A stretch of 64,000 bases of DNA from Promethearchaeota archaeon (lineage in GTDB: Archaea > Asgardarchaeota > Lokiarchaeia > Sigyniarchaeales > SOKP01), in assembly GCA_029838195.1 (NCBI GenBank), contig JALGVJ010000017.1, forward strand, positions 96,001 to 160,000, in the 5' to 3' direction. Shown one piece after another: positions 51,580-61,336 of the stretch; position 1 is the stretch's first letter; the number at the start of each line of letters is the position of its first letter. The notes beneath the pieces were generated by a model. It ran no database searches and had not been told where the DNA came from. It saw only the letters and a program-made list of their open reading frames with translations. The translations under genes and the position numbers were made by a program.

Positions 51580-51591
51580 GTTAGACACGAA

Positions 51592-52283
51592 TCAAATAAA
51601 AGATTTTAAAGCATGCTCTCCCTCTTTGAGTGCTAAATCAAGTATAGCTTCTACCTGAATTTCTACCGTATTAAGTAAAGGAATGGTCGTCATGTATTGA
51701 GTTATAATTAAATGAAGTTCCGTGCACCCTAAAATCACGCCATCAATATCTTTTACTTTTATAAGCGAGAGCATGTTATTACAGCTTTGTTCCTAAGTGA
51801 CACCTATAACTAAATCGTTAAATTTTATTTTATCAATAATGTTTTGATTCTCCAAACTCGGAGTAATCACTGCGATTCCATATTGTTTAAACCCATCCTG
51901 ATAAAATGAAAACTGCATGGTTATTTATTCCTAATATTAATACTTTTTTCATCTCTTTTTCTCTTACTTTTCAAGTTCATGAAAAACTAATAGAGGAGAA
52001 TTAGCAACCACAAGGATTAATTCCGCTCCAGCAGCTTGTAATGAGGAAATTCCTTTTAAAAGACATGCTAAAGGATTTGATTTATCAATCGCATTTTTAA
52101 AATCGGTAAATTTCTGAAAATTCACACTGAAAATGATGATTCTTGAGTAATAATAATCATGAAAACGCTTGAAATAATTGTAGTGTATCAAATCGTAATA
52201 CATTAGAGTTGATTTATAACTCATTCCTCCTAATATTCCAATCCTTTTTTTCCTTTTTCCAGAAATCCTTCAATTTCCAACAT
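51592..52283 (-). pseudogene. Aspartate/glutamate racemase, multiply frameshifted
   Basis: 'RIGILGGMS..ST..YY', 'AGAE....ANSP', 'ILGCTEL' spread over different frames. Confidence 0.85.
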
Positions 52284-52399
52284 GAAAATGAATTAATTGA
52301 CCGAAGGACTCTATTGTTTAAAAAATATTATTTAATCGATTCATAAAAAAATTAAAAAAAAATGAGAGGTATTTTTCCTTCTTTATCTCCTATAATTTA

Positions 52400-53128
52400 T
52401 TATCCTCGTATTAATCCAAAATAAAAAAGCCAAAAGCTACTTAAATATCCAATCCGAATAAAAACAATAGCAATTCCGGGCACCGTTACCCCTTCGAACA
52501 ATCCAAAAATACAAAATGAAAACGACCCCAAGGATAATAATAGGAATTTTTTCCTCATGGTTCCCGAGGACTGCCATGCTTTCCTCAAGAAACCAATTCC
52601 TAGAAAAAACACGAGAGAGAAGAGTAAAATAGCCATCAAGATTCCCGCTACTGAGTATAAATTAATGTTATAATCAATTAAAACTTCTGGCGATTCCATG
52701 TTAACAGGGTATACAAAATTAAAAGAATCTAAAGGATTAAGGAATATTATAACTTCGAAAAGAATGCTTAAAATGATAAAAATGGAAAGAATGAGCCAAT
52801 TATTTTTCTCTAATAATAACTCCACGCCAATATAAATCGATACGATTATTACCGGCGCATACCAAACATAACTTAAAAGCCCCACCAAGCCATGATCATT
52901 GGGAAGATTCTGTCCCACCAAAAGAACGGAAAGAAAATCTAAAAACACTCCCAAAAACATGAGTCCGGCAAACATTGAAGCAGCTCCTAAATAAATCAAC
53001 AGTTTCGCATTAAGTTTTTTCGCTCTATAAATGAAAAAACTCCCAAATATTATCCCAAAAATCACCACGAAAGAAGAAGTTATCCCATCTATCCATCCAA
53101 AGGTATTTAACACGATTTTAACCTCCAT
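52400..53128 (-). CDS. Stand-alone 7TM membrane protein (paralog 4, more divergent)
   Basis: 242 aa, seven TM; 'RKA.QS.G..RKKF.LL', TM6 'FEG', TM7 'IRIGY'. Confidence 0.75.
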   Translation of the reverse strand: MEVKIVLNTFGWIDGITSSFVVIFGIIFGSFFIYRAKKLNAKLLIYLGAASMFAGLMFLGVFLDFLSVLLVGQNLPNDHGLVGLLSYVWYAPVIIVSIYIGVELLLEKNNWLILSIFIILSILFEVIIFLNPLDSFNFVYPVNMESPEVLIDYNINLYSVAGILMAILLFSLVFFLGIGFLRKAWQSSGTMRKKFLLLSLGSFSFCIFGLFEGVTVPGIAIVFIRIGYLSSFWLFYFGLIRG

Positions 53129-53393
53129 GAGTTTAATTTAAAATAATACCATTTGATCATAAATAGAATGCATATTTATTCTTTTGGTAATTTTTTCTAT
53201 AAACGTGATCATGGTTTAAAAATTAAAGACAATGCTTATGCCAGTAAGAACCAAAATAACAAGAAATTCAAAATTATAAGGGTTTAAAATAAAAAAATAT
53301 TTTTTTTAATTATTTATTTTGAATATGCCATTATCTTGTTTAAGAAGCGCGGCAACATCATGATTGCTAATCGGATGCTTCAGATCTCATTTA

Positions 53394-54581
53394 TCATTTA
53401 TTTTGGGCAAGAATTGTAACTGAAGCTACTGAGAATGCACCCCCTAAGTTATGACAGAGCCCTATTCTTGCGTCAGGAACTTGCCTGCCTTCTGCTCTTC
53501 CTTGCAATTGCTTGGTGATTTCCTGAAGCATTCGACAGCCTGTAGAACCAATGGGGTGGCCAAAAGATTTTAGTCCACCTGAAGGGTTTACTGCTGTTTC
53601 TCCATCCCAATTGAAGGTACCATTTTTTAACTCCTCTGCCGCTTTTCCTCGATCGCAGAATTGTAAATCCTGGCAGTTGATTAATTCGGTAATTGTAAAA
53701 CAATCGTGAACTTCAGCACAATTAATTTCTTTTCGTGGATTAGTTATGCCGGCTTCCTTATAGGCCATTTCAGCAGCTTTTACTGTTGACGGAAATGAAG
53801 TAAAATCCCAACCGGGACCTGGTGGCGGAATGTACCATGGAAAATTTGTTCTGCATGATATTGCGTTTGCTTTTATTACCACGAAATCATCGCCATGAGC
53901 ATAGCTTGGCGCCAGTTCCGGACGTGTTAATATTAACGCAGCTGCACCATCCGACATGGCACAACAATCAAATCTCCCTAAGGGATCCGCAATCATGGGG
54001 GCGCGCATGGCAGTTTCAATCGTAATTTTCGACCGAAAATGAGCTTTTGGATGATAACTACCATTATCATGATTTTTAACGGCCACACGTGCTAAATCTT
54101 CTTTTGTCCAACCAAATTCGTGGAAACAGCGAGTAGCTGCCATGGAAAACATTGCAGGTGCAGAGGGTAAAGGTAATACAGGGTGGCCAAAAATTTTGAA
54201 GCCCGGAAGGCCGCTAGAACCTTCATCCATTAATTTTTCTACGCCACATGCCATGACCACGTCATAGGTACCTGAAGCCACGCCAAAACATGCGTTTCTA
54301 AAAGCGTCCATTCCGCTCGCACAATAATTCTCTATACGCGTGATGGGAATGCCATCGAGTCTCAAGATATCCTCTACCGTTGCTCCGGACATTCCCGTAA
54401 AGTAATAATAGATTCCCACCCATACGGCTTCCACTTCTTCTTTTTTCATGCCCGCATCTTTGAACGCCCCTTGAGCCGCATCAAATAAGAGATCGTACTG
54501 ATTCTTATCCCATCTTTCGCCATATTTTGTTGCATCAGCTCCAATAATAGCTACTTTATCTCGAATTCCTTTTATACCCAT
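53394..54581 (-). CDS. Thiolase, SCP2/archaeal type
   Basis: ENYCASG, 'DGAAA', EVHDCF, GHPIGSTG, HNLGG. Confidence 0.92.
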   Translation of the reverse strand: MGIKGIRDKVAIIGADATKYGERWDKNQYDLLFDAAQGAFKDAGMKKEEVEAVWVGIYYYFTGMSGATVEDILRLDGIPITRIENYCASGMDAFRNACFGVASGTYDVVMACGVEKLMDEGSSGLPGFKIFGHPVLPLPSAPAMFSMAATRCFHEFGWTKEDLARVAVKNHDNGSYHPKAHFRSKITIETAMRAPMIADPLGRFDCCAMSDGAAALILTRPELAPSYAHGDDFVVIKANAISCRTNFPWYIPPPGPGWDFTSFPSTVKAAEMAYKEAGITNPRKEINCAEVHDCFTITELINCQDLQFCDRGKAAEELKNGTFNWDGETAVNPSGGLKSFGHPIGSTGCRMLQEITKQLQGRAEGRQVPDARIGLCHNLGGAFSVASVTILAQNK

Positions 54582-54615
54582 TTTTCACTTACCTCCTTTA
54601 ATTTTTTATAATTAA

Positions 54616-56055
54616 TTAAGGTCGACCTCTTACGGGACGACACTTCCAATAATAATTTTTAAATTCTGCTCCTTCATGGACTTTTCTGAAGGTCATTTCT
54701 ACTTCCATGCCGATTTTCACGTTTTCTTCGGGTTTCTCGATTTCTGTCATGTCCAAGAGCACTCTGCCTCCATTCTCTAAATCAATAACGCATCGTGGAA
54801 CGGGCGTGTCATAATAATTTCCTCCAACGAGGTGATCGAGTGTGAACGTGAAGATCTTGCCTTTATAAGCTAATTGAACTTCTTCAAATTGTTGATCCGC
54901 TCGACATACGGAACATGCTTGTCCCATTATAGGATATTGTACAGCACCACACTTCAAGCATTTTCGTCCATGCCATTTATATACGGAGGAAGTATCTCGC
55001 CAGAGGGTAACGGCAGAACTTTTTCGAGTATACCTATCTTTCAGTAAGAGCTCCTTGTTTTCAATGTAAACATTATAGTTTTTCAAAACGATCATTGATT
55101 TTTGATGCCCCGTAACACCCATACGGGTTTTGGAAAGTCCTCGCAAAGCTTTCTTATCACTTACTTGCATTAAAATTGCATCAGCACCATCGCCATATCC
55201 TGCCATGATTATTTTTGCATCTTCTTTTGGCCTGCGCAAGGCAGAAATCAATAACATGAAAGGCATGGGGGTTCCCGTATCGCCTACTTGAAAGAATAAG
55301 CCATTTTGAGCCACTCCTTGAGGAAATTTCATCATTTTAGCAATTCTCCCTTGAAGGCGTGGATTATTATAATAGTAAGCTGCGACTCCGATATCTTCAG
55401 GATTCAAATTATTTCTTTTCATTATCCCTGCCATAGCTTTCGTAACACTGTTAATGTAAAACTGCGTGTCCATTTTCACTTCAAAGGTTCGAATGAACGA
55501 GTCTTTTTCTGCTCTTTTCCAAGGACCTGTAACGTTGGCCGCTACGGAATAATGATCTAAAATGGCTAATGGAATCGGATCTTCATCTGCGACTAATAGT
55601 GCTGCTGCTCCATCACCAAATCCATACTCCCACATGGTTGAAGGTTCGGGTTTTCTCATATCTGCAGCCACAATTAAAATACTATGAATGTCATCATTAG
55701 CCTTAATGGTATCTACGGCACGGGCTAAGGCCGTCGTTCCGGCTTTTGTTGAATCCGTAAAATCGGCAGTTATAATATCCTCTCGAAAATCTAAAACGGT
55801 GGCTATTAAGGAGGCAGAATCTTTTTCCGTATATACTTGCGAAGTCGAGGCAAAAAATAATCCATCTACTTTTTTTGGATCCAATCCCATCATGCAATCT
55901 AAAGATGCCTCCACCGCCATTGTAAGACTATCCTCATCGGCGTTAGCCACTGCTTTCGTGCCCGGCACTGCGGGAAAATCCCAAGCTTTAGCAATCAATT
56001 CACGAGGAAGGAGATATCGGGGTAAGTACGCCCCATAGCTTTTAATTCCAATCAT
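54616..56055 (-). CDS. HMG-CoA-synthase-like domain fused to DUF35 (Zn-ribbon plus OB-fold)
   Basis: 'GI.SYGAYLP', 'DEDSLTMAVEA', 'GDGAAA'; C-terminal CLKC...CSVC and 'IGM.VEMTFR'. Confidence 0.88.
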   Translation of the reverse strand: MIGIKSYGAYLPRYLLPRELIAKAWDFPAVPGTKAVANADEDSLTMAVEASLDCMMGLDPKKVDGLFFASTSQVYTEKDSASLIATVLDFREDIITADFTDSTKAGTTALARAVDTIKANDDIHSILIVAADMRKPEPSTMWEYGFGDGAAALLVADEDPIPLAILDHYSVAANVTGPWKRAEKDSFIRTFEVKMDTQFYINSVTKAMAGIMKRNNLNPEDIGVAAYYYNNPRLQGRIAKMMKFPQGVAQNGLFFQVGDTGTPMPFMLLISALRRPKEDAKIIMAGYGDGADAILMQVSDKKALRGLSKTRMGVTGHQKSMIVLKNYNVYIENKELLLKDRYTRKSSAVTLWRDTSSVYKWHGRKCLKCGAVQYPIMGQACSVCRADQQFEEVQLAYKGKIFTFTLDHLVGGNYYDTPVPRCVIDLENGGRVLLDMTEIEKPEENVKIGMEVEMTFRKVHEGAEFKNYYWKCRPVRGRP

Positions 56056-56175
56056 TTTTTTTTTCTCTTAGTATAACTTTTTATAATATATTAAAAATGA
56101 ATCTTATTTTGAATTTAACACTTATTAATTTTTCTTTTCTTGAAAATAAAGTCAACAAATCCTTGACAATTGAAC

Positions 56176-56234
56176 CCTTCAGAATTGAGGGGCTTCCTTC
56201 TGCTCAGAAAGCTCGTGAACATGTCCTCTGAAGG
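56176..56234 (+). ncRNA. Candidate kink-turn-containing hairpin RNA in a divergent intergenic region
   Basis: CCTTCAGA/TCTGAAGG basal stem, TGAG/TGAA tandem GA core, GGGCT/AGCTC and TTCT/AGAA upper stems. Confidence 0.35.
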
Positions 56235-56384
56235 AATAAATGGAAAAAATTGACGCAAATTTCTTGACTCTTACTACTTTCTCCCACTACTTGAACTAGG
56301 TAAATTTTTATACGTGAGAAAGTTTAAAAAAATATTATTTAACAATTTTAATAGCAGGGATTTAATTAAAGAAGTGTTTGATAA

Positions 56385-57365
56385 ATGAAAAAAGACCATG
56401 CCATAATATATAATCCAAAGGCCGGGAAAAAAAAGAAAACTCAGCGTGATATAGAATATATGATAAAATGCTTGAATGATATAGGTATTTCTTATAAATT
56501 ATTTGAAACACGATACCCGGGACATGCCATCGAGCTTGCAGAACAATGTGCAAAGGATGGATATCGAGTGATCGGGGCAGGTGGGGATGGAACGTGCAAT
56601 GAAGTCATGAATGGCGTAATTAATTCCGGAACAGGCGAGCTCGTGGGATTTATCCCTATGGGTACAGGCAATGATATTCCCGGCGCAATCGGAATCTTAC
56701 CGGACATAAAACGGGCGTGCGAGATTATACATGAAGGCCATAGTTCCAAGTCGGATATAGGCTTAGCAATAACGGATGCTGGTGTGAAACGTTATTTTTT
56801 GGGAATCGGTTCGCAAGGCTTTGATGCAGAAGTAACTAAACGAACTAATGAGATGCGAAAGATCTTCAAGGGAACCAAAAACTATATCGTGCAAGTATTA
56901 AAGACAATAATTATATGGAAAAATAAGGAGATAAGAGTCATGATGGATGGAGATATTCATGAAGGTCCGGCTAACTTGATAGCGGTTGCAAATGGCCCGA
57001 GCTATGGCGGGTGGATGTATATTTGCCAAAAAGCCCGGGTCAATGACGGAATTTTCCACGTGAACGTTGTCAACATGAAAAAAATACGCTTATTAAAAGA
57101 TTTCAACAAGATGTACAAAGCAAAAGTCCTTCCTCATCCTGATATATACGAGTACACGAGTGAAAAAGTAAGAATTGAGATGTTAAATGCCGAAGCGGAT
57201 GAGCATTATTTCTGCCAAGTAGACGGAGAAGTATTGGGACACGTGCCGGTTAATTACGAATGCATTCCCGATGGATATGAATTTCTTAGACCAGAAATTG
57301 ATGAAGTAGCCGAAGCATTCAAGCAAAAGCATGGACGATATTTTTGGGAATGTGATTATGAATGA
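56385..57365 (+). CDS. Diacylglycerol/lipid kinase family (YegS/DagK)
   Basis: NPKAG, GGDGT.NEV, P.GTGND, 'GFDA', 'N...YGG', 'QVDGE'. Confidence 0.92.
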   Translation: MKKDHAIIYNPKAGKKKKTQRDIEYMIKCLNDIGISYKLFETRYPGHAIELAEQCAKDGYRVIGAGGDGTCNEVMNGVINSGTGELVGFIPMGTGNDIPGAIGILPDIKRACEIIHEGHSSKSDIGLAITDAGVKRYFLGIGSQGFDAEVTKRTNEMRKIFKGTKNYIVQVLKTIIIWKNKEIRVMMDGDIHEGPANLIAVANGPSYGGWMYICQKARVNDGIFHVNVVNMKKIRLLKDFNKMYKAKVLPHPDIYEYTSEKVRIEMLNAEADEHYFCQVDGEVLGHVPVNYECIPDGYEFLRPEIDEVAEAFKQKHGRYFWECDYE

Positions 57366-57923
57366 GGAATGAAAAGTAATAAATAATTCTTATTTGAAGT
57401 TATGTTCATTTTTCTTAATAATAAATTAAGTGAAATTATTCTTAAAATTAGAAAACGAATTCACCTTATCATCCTATAATTTATAGCATATTATTATTCA
57501 ATAAGATAAAAAAATACTTCAAAAAATTTGGAATGAATTGGGGCCCCAATGTAAGGAGATTTCCATTTTAAAATGAAATAATACGATGATTTATCATTAT
57601 TAATAACTTGTTATTAAAAGTGCTCATCTAACCTCAAAAATAATAATTTCATTCTTGAAAGCTTGCTCAAAACCTAATCAAATATCGTCACCGCCGATTC
57701 AGCAAAATAAATCTATGGCCCTACATGTTCTTTTTTTTTCTCGATTTTGAAACGTTTATTACTTATCATCATCATCATCGGATACTAATATTCTAGCATT
57801 TTTCCTTGAAACATGAAAGTGAATTATTCGAAAATATTAATATTCTATTCATTAGAAAATATTAATATTCTATTCATTAATATTATAAATTGGAAACACG
57901 AATTTAAAATTCAAGTGATATCC

Positions 57924-59720
57924 ATGCAAGTAGAAAATGAAGATGAAGTAAAGCGTTATTGGGATAAGAATTGGCCTGAAGAAGTACCCAAGTCTATTGA
58001 TTATGAAGAAATTTCTTTGGGACAAATGCTTCGGAACGCTGCCACCCAATATCCTGATTCGCAAGCCATTTATTTTGAAGGATGGCGCTGCACGTATCAA
58101 GAATTAGATGCGTTGGTAGATCAATTTGCCACGGCTTTAACACGCATGGGAATAAAAAAGGGCGATGTCGTACTCATCGATCTTCCTAACGTGCCTCAAT
58201 TCATCATTAGTTATTATGGTATTGTAAGAATAGGGGCCGTTGCGAATCCCATTATTCCCCTAAACCGATACACGGAAATCATCCATCAAGTTAATGATTC
58301 TAAGGGAAAAATGCTCATCAGCCTCGACGTGCTTTTCGAAGAACACCTCTATGGTAAGGACTTGAGCAAAATGCCTACTTTAAAGGATATCATCCTCACG
58401 GGTATATCAGAATACTTGCCTCCTATTAAGGCTAAATTAGGAAAACTCCTTGGAAAAGTTCCGATGATGAAAAAATGGCCATCAGGAAAAGTTAACGGTG
58501 TTACTTACCATGCTTTTCAAGATATTCTCCAAAAAGGTCTTCCCGTTGAAGTTCCGGCTGTCAAAATAGATCCTAAAAAAGATGTTTCTACTTTAATTTA
58601 TACCGGTGGTACAACGGGATTACCTAAAGGCTGTCAAATATCTCATTATAATCTAGTGGTTAACGCTCAACAAGGAAACGTGTGGGCTCAATCTCAATTA
58701 CCTCAACTGAAAGAAACCATGGGAAAAGGAGGCATGTTTATTGTTCTGCCACTCGCTCATGAATTTGCTCTTTCAGTCGGCATGAACATCGCCATTAGCA
58801 ATGGATATAAAATGATCTTATTTCCAAAGCCACCAGAAAAAATTTCCAAAATTTTAGAGATAATTAAAAAAGAGGGGGCAACTTTTGGCCCCGGCGTGCC
58901 CACGCTATGGAATGCATTAGCGAATTCTAAAGAAGCGCCAAAATATAAGGGAAAATTAGATTCCTTGGTAGCTTGCTTGAGCGGAGCTTCGGCATTACCC
59001 TTAGAAGTGAAGAAAAAATTTGAGGAGATTACAGGAGCTCTCATCGTGGAAGGTTTTGGCATGAGCGAGACCAGCCCCATTCTCACGGTAACACCTTTTC
59101 ACAAATACAAGGAAAACACCGTAGGATTTCCCGTTTCAGATACACTAATTAAAATTGTTGATATTGAAACGGGAACGAAAATTTTGCCTCAATGTCCTAA
59201 TGAAAGTTGCGATAACTGTGGAGCTGAAGAGGCAGAAAAGTATATTGGTGAAATTTGTGGGTGCGGCCCCCAAGTATTTCTTGGATACTTAAACCGACCA
59301 GAAGCAACGGAATATGCATTAAGAAAGGATTCTAAAGGGCGAACGTGGTATTATACGACCGATATAGGGTGCATCGATAAAGATGGGTATCTTCATATAA
59401 AAGATCGCAAGCGAGACATGATAAAATATAAAGGACATAGCGTATTTCCACGAGAAGTAGAGGACCTCATGTATCAACATCCTGCTATTAATGAAGTAGG
59501 TGTTGTCGGCGTTCCCGACCCAGAAGTGGGCGAGAATATTAAAGCTTACGTGTCTTTAAAGCCGGAATACGTGGGCAAAGTATCGGAAGAAGATTTAAAG
59601 AAATGGTGTATGGAAAATATCAGTGCTTATAAATATCCGCGAATCATCGAAATCATTCCAGAAATGCCAAAATCCGTAGTGGGAAAAATCTTAAGAAGAG
59701 AATTGCGAGTTAAAGAATGA
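57924..59720 (+). CDS. Long-chain fatty acid-CoA ligase
   Basis: YTGGTTGLPKG, EGFGMSETSP, 'DRKRDMI', 'PREVE', 'GKILRR'; likely start MQVEN (ORF track starts at 57813). Confidence 0.93.
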   Translation: MQVENEDEVKRYWDKNWPEEVPKSIDYEEISLGQMLRNAATQYPDSQAIYFEGWRCTYQELDALVDQFATALTRMGIKKGDVVLIDLPNVPQFIISYYGIVRIGAVANPIIPLNRYTEIIHQVNDSKGKMLISLDVLFEEHLYGKDLSKMPTLKDIILTGISEYLPPIKAKLGKLLGKVPMMKKWPSGKVNGVTYHAFQDILQKGLPVEVPAVKIDPKKDVSTLIYTGGTTGLPKGCQISHYNLVVNAQQGNVWAQSQLPQLKETMGKGGMFIVLPLAHEFALSVGMNIAISNGYKMILFPKPPEKISKILEIIKKEGATFGPGVPTLWNALANSKEAPKYKGKLDSLVACLSGASALPLEVKKKFEEITGALIVEGFGMSETSPILTVTPFHKYKENTVGFPVSDTLIKIVDIETGTKILPQCPNESCDNCGAEEAEKYIGEICGCGPQVFLGYLNRPEATEYALRKDSKGRTWYYTTDIGCIDKDGYLHIKDRKRDMIKYKGHSVFPREVEDLMYQHPAINEVGVVGVPDPEVGENIKAYVSLKPEYVGKVSEEDLKKWCMENISAYKYPRIIEIIPEMPKSVVGKILRRELRVKE

Positions 59721-59879
59721 ATCAATAATACACGTTTTATTTTTTTTCAATTTATTCGTTTTTTTAAATCTAACTCCTGAACTTTTTAAAAATCTTTAAA
59801 TTATGATCCATTCTTTTGAGTGACTTAACAATACATAACATGATGTAAACGAATAAAATTTAAATGGGTTAAAAAGAGA

Positions 59880-61259
59880 ATGGAACAGCAAGGATTGACC
59901 ATGAAACAAAAAGTGGGATATGCTTTCGGCGCTATTCCCGCAGCGATACTTCTTTATCTGTTTTACTTGTATTATATCGAATTTTTTTATGATGATTTGA
60001 AACTGATGCCCTTTTTATTCATAATTGGTCAAGGAATTTTTGCTACAATCAACGCCGTTAATGATCCGCTTATGGGACAGCTTTCAGACAAGACAAATAG
60101 AGAAAAATGGGGTGGTCGTAGAATTCCTTTTATAAAATACGGTGCTCCGATTTGGGCAATTACCTATGCTCTTACATGGTTTCCGTGGAGTTATGACAAT
60201 CAAATTCTCATATTTCTGCAGTTCGTGACATTTACGTGTGCGTATGATACTATGATGACGTTAGTCATCTTGTGTTGGATGGCCCTTCTTCCTGAAATGA
60301 CTTCAGATATTCAAGAACGAAATCAAGTGAATTTTATCGTGGGCATACTGGGTCTTGTAGGATTACTTCCTTTTATTATTTTAGCACCTATATATAAGAG
60401 TGCGGGGTTGCTTTCTTTTCAGATTTTTAACATCGTGGTGGCGATTATATCCGCAACATGCTTTATAATCGTAGCAAGAGTAAGCAAAGAACGTCCAGAG
60501 TTTCAACATGAAGAGGTATTTCCTATTGGAAAATCGCTTAAAGAGACGTTAAAAATGAAGTCCTTCAGGTTTTTTGTACTTTATAATTTCTTTGTAACTC
60601 TTAATTCTTCGATTGGCTTATCCTATTTATTTGCATACGTGTTCATTTTAGGAGGCGATTTTGTTTCCGCATTTATTTTATATTTTTTGATATTCATTTT
60701 GGTTGGCTATAGTTCTAATTTTTTTTGCATAAAACTAGCTCCAAAATTTGGAATGTGGAACATTACGATACGGTTTGGGCTTATTTTAGTGGCCTTGAGA
60801 ATTATCTTTTTCTTTATTGTTTTGAATCCCGCCTTAGAAAATCTTATCTGGCTTGGACTTGTACTAATGACTATATTTGGAGGACATGGTGTTTTTAACA
60901 CTAATTATCTTTATTTATGTATGGACGAGGATGAAATTAATCAAGGAATTCGTCGTGAAGGAATGTTTCTTGGCACGAATGCGTTAATCACCAAACCTGC
61001 TCAGAGTTTAGGACCCATCATTGCGACGGTAATTTTCACTTACTTTAGCTTCGTTCAAGATGCCCCCGTACAATCTGCTCAAGCGATTTTAGGGATTAAA
61101 ATTCTATTCTTTCTCGTTCCAGCATTTTCAAGCTTGATTGGTTTGTTATTTTTCTATTTCTATCCCCTTCATGGAGAAAGATTAGAGGGATTAAAAAAGG
61201 AATTAGAAGATCTACATGTTAAAAAACGAATGAAATTAAACACTTTATCAAACGAATAG
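59880..61259 (+). CDS. MFS transporter, GPH/MelB family
   Basis: 'NAVNDPLMGQLSDKT', 'GRRIPF', 'LPEMT', 'DEDE...G.RREG'. Confidence 0.9.
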   Translation: MEQQGLTMKQKVGYAFGAIPAAILLYLFYLYYIEFFYDDLKLMPFLFIIGQGIFATINAVNDPLMGQLSDKTNREKWGGRRIPFIKYGAPIWAITYALTWFPWSYDNQILIFLQFVTFTCAYDTMMTLVILCWMALLPEMTSDIQERNQVNFIVGILGLVGLLPFIILAPIYKSAGLLSFQIFNIVVAIISATCFIIVARVSKERPEFQHEEVFPIGKSLKETLKMKSFRFFVLYNFFVTLNSSIGLSYLFAYVFILGGDFVSAFILYFLIFILVGYSSNFFCIKLAPKFGMWNITIRFGLILVALRIIFFFIVLNPALENLIWLGLVLMTIFGGHGVFNTNYLYLCMDEDEINQGIRREGMFLGTNALITKPAQSLGPIIATVIFTYFSFVQDAPVQSAQAILGIKILFFLVPAFSSLIGLLFFYFYPLHGERLEGLKKELEDLHVKKRMKLNTLSNE

Positions 61260-61336
61260 GAGTAAGAAAAGAAGCTTAGAAGAGATCTCAAGAATAAGTA
61301 AAAAGAAAAAGCAAGCAAAGAGGTAAGGATAAAGAA

